Assembly (NCBI GenBank): GCA_965243355.1
Contig: OZ251547.1
Span: forward strand, 1,815,475 to 1,879,474
Source of the DNA: Dehalococcoidia bacterium
GTDB taxonomy: Bacteria > Chloroflexota > Dehalococcoidia > Lucifugimonadales > JADFKI01
Reading direction: 5' to 3'
DNA length: 64,000 nucleotides
Position 1 is the first letter of the stretch. Each line of letters starts with the position of its first letter. The position numbers and the translations under genes were made by a program. The notes under the pieces are model-generated. The model was not told the origin of the DNA. It saw only the letters and a list, made by a program, of their open reading frames with translations, and did no database searches. Below are positions 38,488 to 46,131 of this stretch, piece after piece.

Positions 38488-38613
38488 AGAAATACGCTAA
38501 CATAGGCTAGGCAAGGCGTCAAGCGAAAGTTGATTTGCCGCGCAAGGCGGGCGGCGATTATGGGGGCGCATCGCATAGTGAGTAGCATTGAATATAGTCA
38601 AGCCACGTGGCAT

Positions 38614-39180
38614 ATGGGGCATATGCGGCGCGTGGCGGTGGTTGGGACGTCGGGTTCGGGCAAGTCGACGTTGGCGCGCGCGCTGGCGGAGCGGCTGGGC
38701 GTGGCTGCGGTGGAGTTGGACGCCATACGGCATGGGCCGAACTGGCAGGAAACGCCGGACGATGTGTTTAGGCGGCGCGTGGCGGAGGCGCTTGCGGGCG
38801 ATGCGTGGGTGGTTGACGGCAACTATACGGTGGCGCGGGATCTGATTTGGGAGCGGGCGACTACGCTCATATGGCTGGACTACCCGTTTCCGTTTGTGTT
38901 TTGGCGGCTGTTTTGGCGGACGATTTCGCGGGGGATATTGCGAAAGCGGCTTTGGAACGGCAATCGGGAGGATCTGTGGCGGCATTTTTTGACTAGGGAT
39001 TCGCTGTTTTTGTGGGCGGCGCAGACGCACTGGCGCCGGCGCAAGACGCTGCCCATCGCGCTGGCGCAGCCTGAGTACGCGCACTTGCGGGTGATGCGCT
39101 TTCGGCGGGCGCGGCAAACGCGGGAGTGGCTGGCGGGGATTGATGCCGCGAGGCGGGATGATATACGCAAGACGATATAG
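38614..39180 (+). CDS. P-loop kinase-like ATPase (AAA/adenylate-kinase-like, FlaR-type)
   Basis: Walker A VVGTSGSGKSTLAR. Start is uncertain (38614 or 38623). The upstream part of the track ORF overlaps the T-box promoter. Confidence 0.65.
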   Translation: MGHMRRVAVVGTSGSGKSTLARALAERLGVAAVELDAIRHGPNWQETPDDVFRRRVAEALAGDAWVVDGNYTVARDLIWERATTLIWLDYPFPFVFWRLFWRTISRGILRKRLWNGNREDLWRHFLTRDSLFLWAAQTHWRRRKTLPIALAQPEYAHLRVMRFRRARQTREWLAGIDAARRDDIRKTI

Positions 39181-39243
39181 CCGTGATGTAGTATGATAGC
39201 GGCGAAATAAAGCATAGACTAAACGCGGGAGCAAGAGGGGATT

Positions 39244-40314
39244 ATGGCAACGCACAGAATATCGGTTATCCGCGGCGACGGCATTGGGGTTGATGTGATT
39301 GAGGAGGGGATCCGCGTATTGAACGCGGTGGGGGAGATGCGCGGCATAGATTGGGACTTCGTGGAGCATCCGTGGGGTTCGGATTACTACATAGAGCGCG
39401 GTGAGATGATGCCGTCCGACGCGCTGGATCAGATGGCGCGGTCGGACGCGATATATCTGGGCGCGGTGGGGCGGCCGGACATTCAGGACCATATCACCTT
39501 GGGGGGATTGCTGCTGCCCATACGCCGCACATTCGATCAGTATGTTTGCGAGCGGCCGAGCGTTCTGTATCCGGGCATAACCTCGCCGCTGAGCGGGCAA
39601 AAGCCGTATGACATAGATATGGTGGTCGTGCGGGAAAACACGGAGGGGGAGTACGCGGATGTGGGCGGGTTTCAATATATGGGGTTTGAGGAAGAGATAG
39701 GCGTTCAGTCGGGCGTGTTCACGCGGCGCGGCTGCGAGCGGGTCATCGCATACGCCTTTGAGCTGGCGCGAAAGCGGGACAAGGCAAAGCATGTCACGTC
39801 CATCACTAAGTCAAACGCGCTGGGCTACGGGATGCTGGTGTGGGACAGGGCGTTTGAGCGTGTGGCGGCGCGATACCCGGACGTTCAGACCAATACGCTG
39901 CTGATAGACGCCGCCTGCATGGACTTCGTGCGGCGGCCGGGCAGCTTTGACGTGGTGGTGGGCAGCAACCTGTACGGGGACATTCTGACCGACATCGGGG
40001 CGATAATCACGGGCAGCATGGGGCTTGCGGCAAGCGGCAACATAGATCCTGAGCGGCGGTTCCCGTCTATGTTTGAGCCGGTTCACGGCAGCGCGCCGGA
40101 CATCGCGGGCAAGGGCATCGCCAATCCTATGGCGGCGATATTGTCGGGGGCTATGATGTTGCGCCACTTGGGGCATAACGAGGCGGCTGATGAGGTGGAA
40201 AGGGCGACGCTGCATATCATAGAGCAGGGGGAACTGCTGACGCCGGACTTGGGCGGGTCGTCAAGCACTTCGCAGGTGGGCGACGCGGTGATAGCGGCGC
40301 TGGGCAATGGGTAG
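39244..40314 (+). CDS. Tartrate dehydrogenase / isopropylmalate dehydrogenase-family paralog
   Basis: ISVIRGDGIGVDV and GSAPDIAGKGIANP motifs, 356 aa. Closer to the TtuC type than to LeuB, from memory. Confidence 0.7.
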   Translation: MATHRISVIRGDGIGVDVIEEGIRVLNAVGEMRGIDWDFVEHPWGSDYYIERGEMMPSDALDQMARSDAIYLGAVGRPDIQDHITLGGLLLPIRRTFDQYVCERPSVLYPGITSPLSGQKPYDIDMVVVRENTEGEYADVGGFQYMGFEEEIGVQSGVFTRRGCERVIAYAFELARKRDKAKHVTSITKSNALGYGMLVWDRAFERVAARYPDVQTNTLLIDAACMDFVRRPGSFDVVVGSNLYGDILTDIGAIITGSMGLAASGNIDPERRFPSMFEPVHGSAPDIAGKGIANPMAAILSGAMMLRHLGHNEAADEVERATLHIIEQGELLTPDLGGSSSTSQVGDAVIAALGNG

Positions 40315-41020
40315 GCAAGCGATGGACGCAAGCGCGAAAGGGGGCGCGGCGCGGCGCGGGCGCAGGCGCAAGGTTGTGGCGCAGGATGTGATGGACTGCT
40401 TGGGGCCGGAGTATGGGCCGGCGCAGTGGTTTGTGCGCTATTCGCCGGCGGAGGAGCTGGTGTACACGATTTTGTCGCAGCACACTTCGGACTTGAACTC
40501 GGAGCGGGCGTTCAAGAGCTTGATGTCGACGTTCGAGACGCTGGACGCGGTTGCGGATGCAAGCGTGGACGCGATCGAGGATGCGATACGACGGGGCGGG
40601 CTGGCTAAGCAGAAAGCGCCGCGAATACGCAATGTGCTGCGGCAGATACGGGATGAGATTGGCGGGTTTGACCTGTCGTTTCTGGCCGAGATGCCTCTGG
40701 CGGACGCCAAGGCGTGGCTGAAGCGGCTTAACGGGATTGGGCCAAAGACGGCGGCAATCATACTTTGCTTTTCGCTTGGGATGCCGGCTATGCCGGTTGA
40801 CACGCACATATTCCGCGTGTCCAAGCGGTTGGGGCTGATAGGGCCGAAGGTGAACGCGGATAAGGCGCACGATATACTGGAGCCGATGGTGGCGCCGCGG
40901 GATGTGTTCGCGTTTCATATGTACTTGATACAGCACGGGCGGCAGGTGTGCAAGGCGCAGCGGCCGCGCTGCGGGGAGTGCGCGCTGGCGTGGGGGTGTC
41001 CGGCGAGTAGCGTGAAGTAG
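40307..41020 (+). CDS. nth: Endonuclease III-like HhH-GPD DNA glycosylase
   Basis: HhH LNGIGPKTAAIIL and the Fe-S cluster loop CKAQRPRCGECALAWGC. Confidence 0.8.
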   Translation: MGRQAMDASAKGGAARRGRRRKVVAQDVMDCLGPEYGPAQWFVRYSPAEELVYTILSQHTSDLNSERAFKSLMSTFETLDAVADASVDAIEDAIRRGGLAKQKAPRIRNVLRQIRDEIGGFDLSFLAEMPLADAKAWLKRLNGIGPKTAAIILCFSLGMPAMPVDTHIFRVSKRLGLIGPKVNADKAHDILEPMVAPRDVFAFHMYLIQHGRQVCKAQRPRCGECALAWGCPASSVK

Positions 41021-41260
41021 GGGGTGGCGGTTTTGTGCTGAGCAAAGTAGGGGTTTTGGGGGGTTGCTTTGTGGACGAAAGAGTGGGTAGTGAAAGGGCT
41101 GATGGCGATTGATTTGAAAAGTTTCAAACAATAAGGTGCCTGCTCAAGGCTGTCCACCGCTAAATTTTCGTTCAGGCTTGTTTAGCCTTGGCGCGCTTGC
41201 GCCGTAGAAAGCCTAGATTTATACTTGGGTTTGCCCAATATACGCTACCTAGGGCGATAG

Positions 41261-41752
41261 GTGTTGTACAATATGCCAAAAGATGGCGATGGCAGGGAGC
41301 GCGAAAGCCTGCTGGGGGTTCTGCGGCAGCATAGGTTTTACTATCTGTGGACGTTCATTGCGCTGACGCTGGCGTGGCTGGTGTTCGCGGGATGGTGGCA
41401 GGTGGAGCAGGGCTGCTTTCGGGCGCATTGGGCGCAGTGCGTTGACAGGATGATGCCTATGGCAAGCGGCGCGATGCCGTTTATCGTGCCTATTACGGTG
41501 CCGATTTCGGATGTTGAGATATGGCTGGTTAGGAGGTTCCAATTGGTGTTTCTGAATTTGCCTGAGACGAGGGAGGAGCGGGTGCGGCGGGATGAGCGGG
41601 AGAAGACGAGGGAAGAAGAAAAGCAGAGACGCATTGAAGAGGTGGAGAAGGCACGAGGGGAGGAGAGGGCGGCGTTTGTGGCGTGGCGGGAGCGGATGAG
41701 AGAGGCGCAAGAGAAGGGCGAGCCGTTCGATGAGCAGCTACCGTGGGAGTAG
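41261..41752 (+). CDS. Hypothetical membrane protein with Glu/Arg-rich C-terminal helix
   Basis: TM segments (YYLWTFIALTLAWLVFAGWW), then IEIWLVRRFQLVFLNLPETREERVRR... The C-terminal half is duplicated in the next ORF. Confidence 0.5.
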   Translation: MLYNMPKDGDGRERESLLGVLRQHRFYYLWTFIALTLAWLVFAGWWQVEQGCFRAHWAQCVDRMMPMASGAMPFIVPITVPISDVEIWLVRRFQLVFLNLPETREERVRRDEREKTREEEKQRRIEEVEKARGEERAAFVAWRERMREAQEKGEPFDEQLPWE

Positions 41753-41773
41753 CGGGCAGCGGGCGTCGGGGAT

Positions 41774-42007
41774 ATGCTTATGGCGGTGGCTCTTTCGGAG
41801 ATTGAGATATGGTCAGTCAGGAGGTTGCAAATGGTGTTTCTAAATCTGCCTGAGACGAGGGAAGAGCGTGTGCGACGGGAGGTTAGGGAGGAGGTAGAAC
41901 AGAGACGGACGGAATGGCGAGCGCGGGTTGAGACGTGGCGTGATCGGATGAAGGAGGCGCAAGAGAAGGGGGAGCGGTTTGATGAGCGGCCGCCGTGGGA
42001 GGAGTAG
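41774..42007 (+). CDS. Hypothetical protein, truncated tandem paralog of the preceding gene
   Basis: IEIWSVRRLQMVFLNLPETREERVRR...EAQEKGERFDERPPWEE parallels the C-terminus of 41261..41752. Confidence 0.4.
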   Translation: MLMAVALSEIEIWSVRRLQMVFLNLPETREERVRREVREEVEQRRTEWRARVETWRDRMKEAQEKGERFDERPPWEE

Positions 42008-42063
42008 CGGGGGGCGGGGGTTGGGGTTATACTTGGGGGCATCATATTTGGGAGGCGTGTCCG

Positions 42064-43098
42064 GTGAAGGTAGGGATTATCAATGTTACGGGATATGCGG
42101 GGATGGAGCTGGCGCGGATTCTGGCGCGGCATCCGGAGGCTGAGGTTGCGGCGGTTACGGGGCGCAGCGCGGCGGGGCAGAGGCTGGGGGAGTATTTTCC
42201 GCATCTGTCGGAGTTTGATTTGACTATCACCGAAGAGGTGACTGAGAGCGTGGATGTGGTGTTTTCGGCGCTGCCGCACGCGGCGAGCGCTGAGCGGATA
42301 GGGCAGGCGCTGGCGGACGGGGTGAAGGCGATTGACATTAGCGCGGATTTCAGGCTGAAGGATCTGCAGACGTATGAGGACTGGTACGGCGTGCGGCATC
42401 CTTGCCCGGAGCGGGTGGAGGATGCGGTGTATGGCCTGACTGAGCTGCATCGGGACGAGGTGGCGGGCTGCAGTCTGGTGGCCAATCCGGGGTGCTATCC
42501 CACTGCGTCCATACTGGCGCTGGCGCCGGCGGTGGCGGCGGGGATTATTGAGCCTGAGATTATCGTGGACGCCAAGTCGGGGGTTTCGGGCGCGGGGCGC
42601 GGGCTGTCGCTGAAGACGCATTACTCGGAGGTGAACGAAAACCTGACGGCGTATTCGGTGGACGGGCATCGGCATCTGCCTGAGATACAGCAGGAATTGG
42701 ACGCGCTGAGCGAGGCGGGCGGGCTGAACATCACCTTTCTGACGCATCTCATTCCGATGACGCGGGGGATATTGGCGAGCTGCTACGCGCCGCTGAAGGC
42801 GGGCGCGGTGGCGTCGGGCAAGGCGGCCAAGGGCGAGGTTCGGGAGATATATGAGGGCTTTTACAAAGGGGAGACCTTTGCCAAAGTCGTGGACGCGCCG
42901 CCTATGACTAAGCACACTTTGGGGAACAACGATTGCGTTATCTATCCCACGGTGGACGAGCGCACGAACCGGCTTATCGTGATAAGCTGCATAGACAATC
43001 TGGTCAAGGGCGCGGCTGGGCAGGCGGTTCAAAATATGAACTTGATGTTTGGGCTGCCCGAAGATGAGGGGATAACGCAGCTGGCGCTGTATCCGTAG
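42064..43098 (+). CDS. argC: N-acetyl-gamma-glutamyl-phosphate reductase
   Basis: VKVGIINVTGYAGMEL and the catalytic NPGCYPT motif. GTG 42064 follows a GGGAGG RBS. Confidence 0.9.
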   Translation: MKVGIINVTGYAGMELARILARHPEAEVAAVTGRSAAGQRLGEYFPHLSEFDLTITEEVTESVDVVFSALPHAASAERIGQALADGVKAIDISADFRLKDLQTYEDWYGVRHPCPERVEDAVYGLTELHRDEVAGCSLVANPGCYPTASILALAPAVAAGIIEPEIIVDAKSGVSGAGRGLSLKTHYSEVNENLTAYSVDGHRHLPEIQQELDALSEAGGLNITFLTHLIPMTRGILASCYAPLKAGAVASGKAAKGEVREIYEGFYKGETFAKVVDAPPMTKHTLGNNDCVIYPTVDERTNRLIVISCIDNLVKGAAGQAVQNMNLMFGLPEDEGITQLALYP

Positions 43099-43215
43099 GG
43101 CGGTTTTGGCGCGGCGCGGGCGGCGATATGTGTTGCGGGCGGGCGCGGCAATCTCTAAAATGGTAGGGTGAGCCGCCGGCGGCGTTAGTTGCGGCGGCAT
43201 CCCATCCGATAGCGT

Positions 43216-43291
43216 GGCCCCATCGTCTAGGGGACTAGGACAGCGGCCTTTCAAGCCGCAAACACGGATTCGAATTCCGTTGGGGCCACCA
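43216..43291 (+). tRNA. tRNA-Glu (UUC), CCA encoded
   Basis: Hand-folded cloverleaf: acceptor GGCCCCA/TGGGGCC, anticodon stem GCGGC/GCCGC with loop CTTTCAA, T-arm ACGGA TTCGAAT TCCGT, 3-prime ACCA. Confidence 0.9.
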
Positions 43292-43416
43292 CTTCTTCCC
43301 GGATAGATTGCCCGATAGATCGCGTGGGCGTTTGGTTGCGCCTGTCGGGTGATTGCCTTGTTGTCGTTTCTCTTTCCGCTGTATGCGGGCTTGCTTATGG
43401 GAGGGGGCGCGTCTTG

Positions 43417-44217
43417 GTGAACGATGGGATTAAGCGGGCAATCGGGCATGGGTGGGATGCGATGTCGGCGGGGTATCAGGCTGATACGCGCATATCCACC
43501 GATGATGTGCATTATGCGCCGCTGTGCGCGGGGGAGCGCGAGCTGGGGCTGCTGGGGGATGTGGCGGGCAAGCGGACGTTGGAGTTGGCGTGCGGCGCGG
43601 CGCAGAATTCTATCGCGCTGGCTAAGCAGGGCGCGGAGGCGGTCGCGCTGGACATATCGGCGGAGCAGCTTGGGGCGGCGCGGGCGCTGGTGGAGTGGGA
43701 GGGCGTGGGCGTGGATCTGCTGCGCGGGGATATGGAGCGGCTGGGGATGTTCCGCGAGGGGACGTTTGACATCGCGCTGTCGTGCTTTGGGCTGGAGTTC
43801 GCGCCGGCGTTGGGGGAGTGCTTTGCGGAGTGCTGGCGCGTTCTGCGGCGGGGTGGGTTGCTGGTTGTGGGGACGGTGCATCCGCTGACGGCGTTTGAGT
43901 GGGACGACGTGGAGCGGGGGCTGTGGGTGACCGATTATTTCAATCCGCCGGTGGAGGTTTGGGAAGAGCCTGTGGCCGATGGGGAGCGGCCGGGCTTGAC
44001 TTTCTTTCGCACATTCCAAGAGGTGTTTGGGCTGCTGGTCGGGGCGGGCTTTCGGGTGGAGGAGGTGGTTGAGCCGTGTCCGTATCCAGCGCCGGATATG
44101 GCGGCGGATGAGCGGCGGCGGCTGATACCCTACGGCGGCGCGTACTGGGAGAGCCAGTATGAGCGGCTGAGCAGGATTCCGTTTGCGATTGTGTATAAGG
44201 CTCGCAAGGCGGGGTGA
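43417..44217 (+). CDS. Class I SAM-dependent methyltransferase
   Basis: Motif I TLELACGAAQNS. GTG 43417 lies after a GGAGGGGG RBS; the track ORF starts at 43324. Confidence 0.7.
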   Translation: MNDGIKRAIGHGWDAMSAGYQADTRISTDDVHYAPLCAGERELGLLGDVAGKRTLELACGAAQNSIALAKQGAEAVALDISAEQLGAARALVEWEGVGVDLLRGDMERLGMFREGTFDIALSCFGLEFAPALGECFAECWRVLRRGGLLVVGTVHPLTAFEWDDVERGLWVTDYFNPPVEVWEEPVADGERPGLTFFRTFQEVFGLLVGAGFRVEEVVEPCPYPAPDMAADERRRLIPYGGAYWESQYERLSRIPFAIVYKARKAG

Positions 44218-44251
44218 TAGCGGCGCGGTTGTTATAGCAATCATCCTTAGA

Positions 44252-44455
44252 TTAGCCTCCGCCGACGGCGCGTACTATTTCGATTTGGTCGCCGTGGGAT
44301 AGGGTGGTTGTGGCGAATTCTTCGGGGCGCAGGACGGTGCCGTTGTGGGCGACGGCTATGGAGGTTGCGCCGACGTCTAGGGATTTGAGGTAGTCGGTTA
44401 GGCTGGTGGGGGCGTCTAGGTGGCGCTGTTTGCCGTTGACGGTGAGGGTTATCAT
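44252..44455 (-). CDS. thiS: Sulfur carrier protein ThiS
   Basis: 67 aa with a C-terminal GGG, immediately downstream of thiE and thiG. Confidence 0.85.
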   Translation of the reverse strand: MITLTVNGKQRHLDAPTSLTDYLKSLDVGATSIAVAHNGTVLRPEEFATTTLSHGDQIEIVRAVGGG

Positions 44456-45144
44456 TGTTGCCTCGCAGGGGTGGGCTTATTAGGGCGGGATGCCCAGGCT
44501 GTTCGCATAGCGTTGGTTAGGGCGGCGGTTGCTGATTGCGGGTCGGGGGCGTTGGCGATGGCGGTGATGACTGCGGCGCCGGACGCGCCGGCGGATATGA
44601 CGCTGGCTATGTTGTCGGGGGTGACGCCGCCTATGGCTAGGATGGGGATTTGGACGGACTGGGCGGCGGTTTGGATTAGGGGTAGGCCGCCGGCGGGGGC
44701 GCCGGGGTGGGATGTGGTGGGGAATACGTTGCCTAGGGTTAGCAGGTCTGCGCCTTGGGATTGGGCGTGTATTGCGCCTTGGGGGGAGTGGACGGATCGG
44801 GCGAGTAGGAGGCGTTTTCCAGGCGAGGCGGTTGCCGCGAGGATGGCTTTGGCGGCGCACAAGGGGAGGGCGGTTTCGCCGAGCTGGACGCCGTGGGCGC
44901 GGGCGGCTAGGGCTATGTCTAGGCGGTCGTTGACGAAGAGGAGGGCTCGGTTGTTTATGGCGTCTTTGAGGCGGAGGGCTAGGGCGTAGAGTTTGGCGGC
45001 GGGCAGGTCTTTTTCGCGGAGCTGGATTAGGCCGGCACCGCCTGATACGGCGGAGTCGACGATGTCTTCTAGGGGGACGTGGGGATGCTGCCGCCGGTCG
45101 GTGACTAGGCAGAGGCAGGGGATGGGTATCTCAGGCGTAGGCAT
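44452..45144 (-). CDS. thiE: Thiamine-phosphate synthase
   Basis: LCLVTDR, LIQLREKD and IGGV motifs. 4 nt overlap with thiS. Confidence 0.85.
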   Translation of the reverse strand: MPTPEIPIPCLCLVTDRRQHPHVPLEDIVDSAVSGGAGLIQLREKDLPAAKLYALALRLKDAINNRALLFVNDRLDIALAARAHGVQLGETALPLCAAKAILAATASPGKRLLLARSVHSPQGAIHAQSQGADLLTLGNVFPTTSHPGAPAGGLPLIQTAAQSVQIPILAIGGVTPDNIASVISAGASGAAVITAIANAPDPQSATAALTNAMRTAWASRPNKPTPARQQ

Positions 45145-45932
45145 TAGGTTGACGCCGCGGGGGTTGCGACGCCCTCGGTGGGGCTGCTGGCGGTGGCGGA
45201 GCGCTGGCGTTGGATGCGGCCGGCTAGGTAGGCTTTGCGGCCGGCTTGGACGCCGAGTTTGAACGCCTCGCCCATTAGGGCTGCGTCTTCGGCTTGGGCT
45301 ATGGCGGTGTTGACTAGGACGCAGTCGGCGCCGGCCTCTAGGGCTTGGGACGCCTCGGAGGGGACGGCTAGGCCGGCGTCAACGACTACGGGGACGTTGG
45401 CGTCGGCGATTATCATTCGGATTTCGTCTAGGGTTAGGATGCCCTGCCCGGAGCCGATTGGGGATCCTAGCGGCATAACGGTGGCGCAGCCGATGTCTTC
45501 TAGGCGCTTGGCGAGGACGGGGTCGGCGTGGATGTAGGGTAGGACGGTGAAGCCGTCGGCGACTAGGCGGCGTGCGGCGTCGAATGTGCCGATGGGGTCG
45601 GGTAGCAGGTGTTTGGGTTCGGGTATGACTTCCACTTTGATCCAGGACGAGCCGGTGACTTGGCGGGCGAGTTGGGCGGTGAATACCGCCTCGTCGGCGG
45701 TTTTGCAGCCGGCGGTGTTGGGGAGGATTGTGTAGTCGTTCCAGTTGAAGTAGTCTAGGATGTTTTTTTCGGCTGGGTTGTCGAGGTCTAGGCGGCGTAT
45801 GGCGACGGTGATTATTTCGGCGCCGGATGCGGTGATGGAGGCTACCATTTCTTGCATGCTGCGGTGGCGTCCGGTGCCTACCATAAGCCGGGAGTTGAAT
45901 GTTTTGCCGCCAATGATTAGGGGGTCGCTCAT
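45144..45932 (-). CDS. thiG: Thiazole synthase
   Basis: LPNTAGC and VMPLGSPIGSGQG motifs, 262 aa. Confidence 0.92.
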   Translation of the reverse strand: MSDPLIIGGKTFNSRLMVGTGRHRSMQEMVASITASGAEIITVAIRRLDLDNPAEKNILDYFNWNDYTILPNTAGCKTADEAVFTAQLARQVTGSSWIKVEVIPEPKHLLPDPIGTFDAARRLVADGFTVLPYIHADPVLAKRLEDIGCATVMPLGSPIGSGQGILTLDEIRMIIADANVPVVVDAGLAVPSEASQALEAGADCVLVNTAIAQAEDAALMGEAFKLGVQAGRKAYLAGRIQRQRSATASSPTEGVATPAAST

Positions 45933-46064
45933 ATGAATGTCTCCTGTTGCGCGCGCGGCGGTTGGGGTTGTTGTGTTAGTATAACACTAAGGCGGGTAGG
46001 CGTCAGCAAGATGGGGGATATGAGGGCGCACGGGGGCCAAGCGGGGGCGCGGGGGCAGGGGGCC

Positions 46065-46106
46065 GCTCTACTTTTTTGGAAAAAAGTAGCAAAAAACTTT
46101 TGGGGG
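46065..46106 (+). repeat. AT-rich dyad element, copy 7
   Basis: gctctacttttttggaaaaaagtagcaaaaaacttttggggg. Lies upstream of the thiG start (45932, minus strand). Confidence 0.9.
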
Positions 46107-46131
46107 CGGCTATCGCCGCGGATTTGCCGAG

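Noticed and set aside
38497-39792. 431 aa minus-strand ORF
   Set aside because: Antisense to the P-loop ATPase and isopropylmalate-dehydrogenase-family genes; Arg/Pro-rich.
41033-41130. Possible 12th, degenerate copy of the dyad element (gagcaaagtaggggttttgggggg ... gagtgggtagtg), plus a separate perfect palindrome TTGAAAAGTTTCAA at about 41113
   Set aside because: Only the right half resembles the consensus and the palindromic core is missing. This is too weak to count, though it may be a decayed copy.
41341-44244. 967 aa minus-strand ORF, the longest in the track
   Set aside because: Extremely Arg/Pro/His-rich. It is antisense to argC and to the methyltransferase gene, both of which have clear family motifs, and it runs straight through the tRNA-Glu gene. 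This is a typical high-GC antisense artefact.
45933-46130. Expected TPP riboswitch upstream of thiG
   Set aside because: No THI-box core motifs are visible on either strand. Reported as an absence in the findings rather than as a feature.
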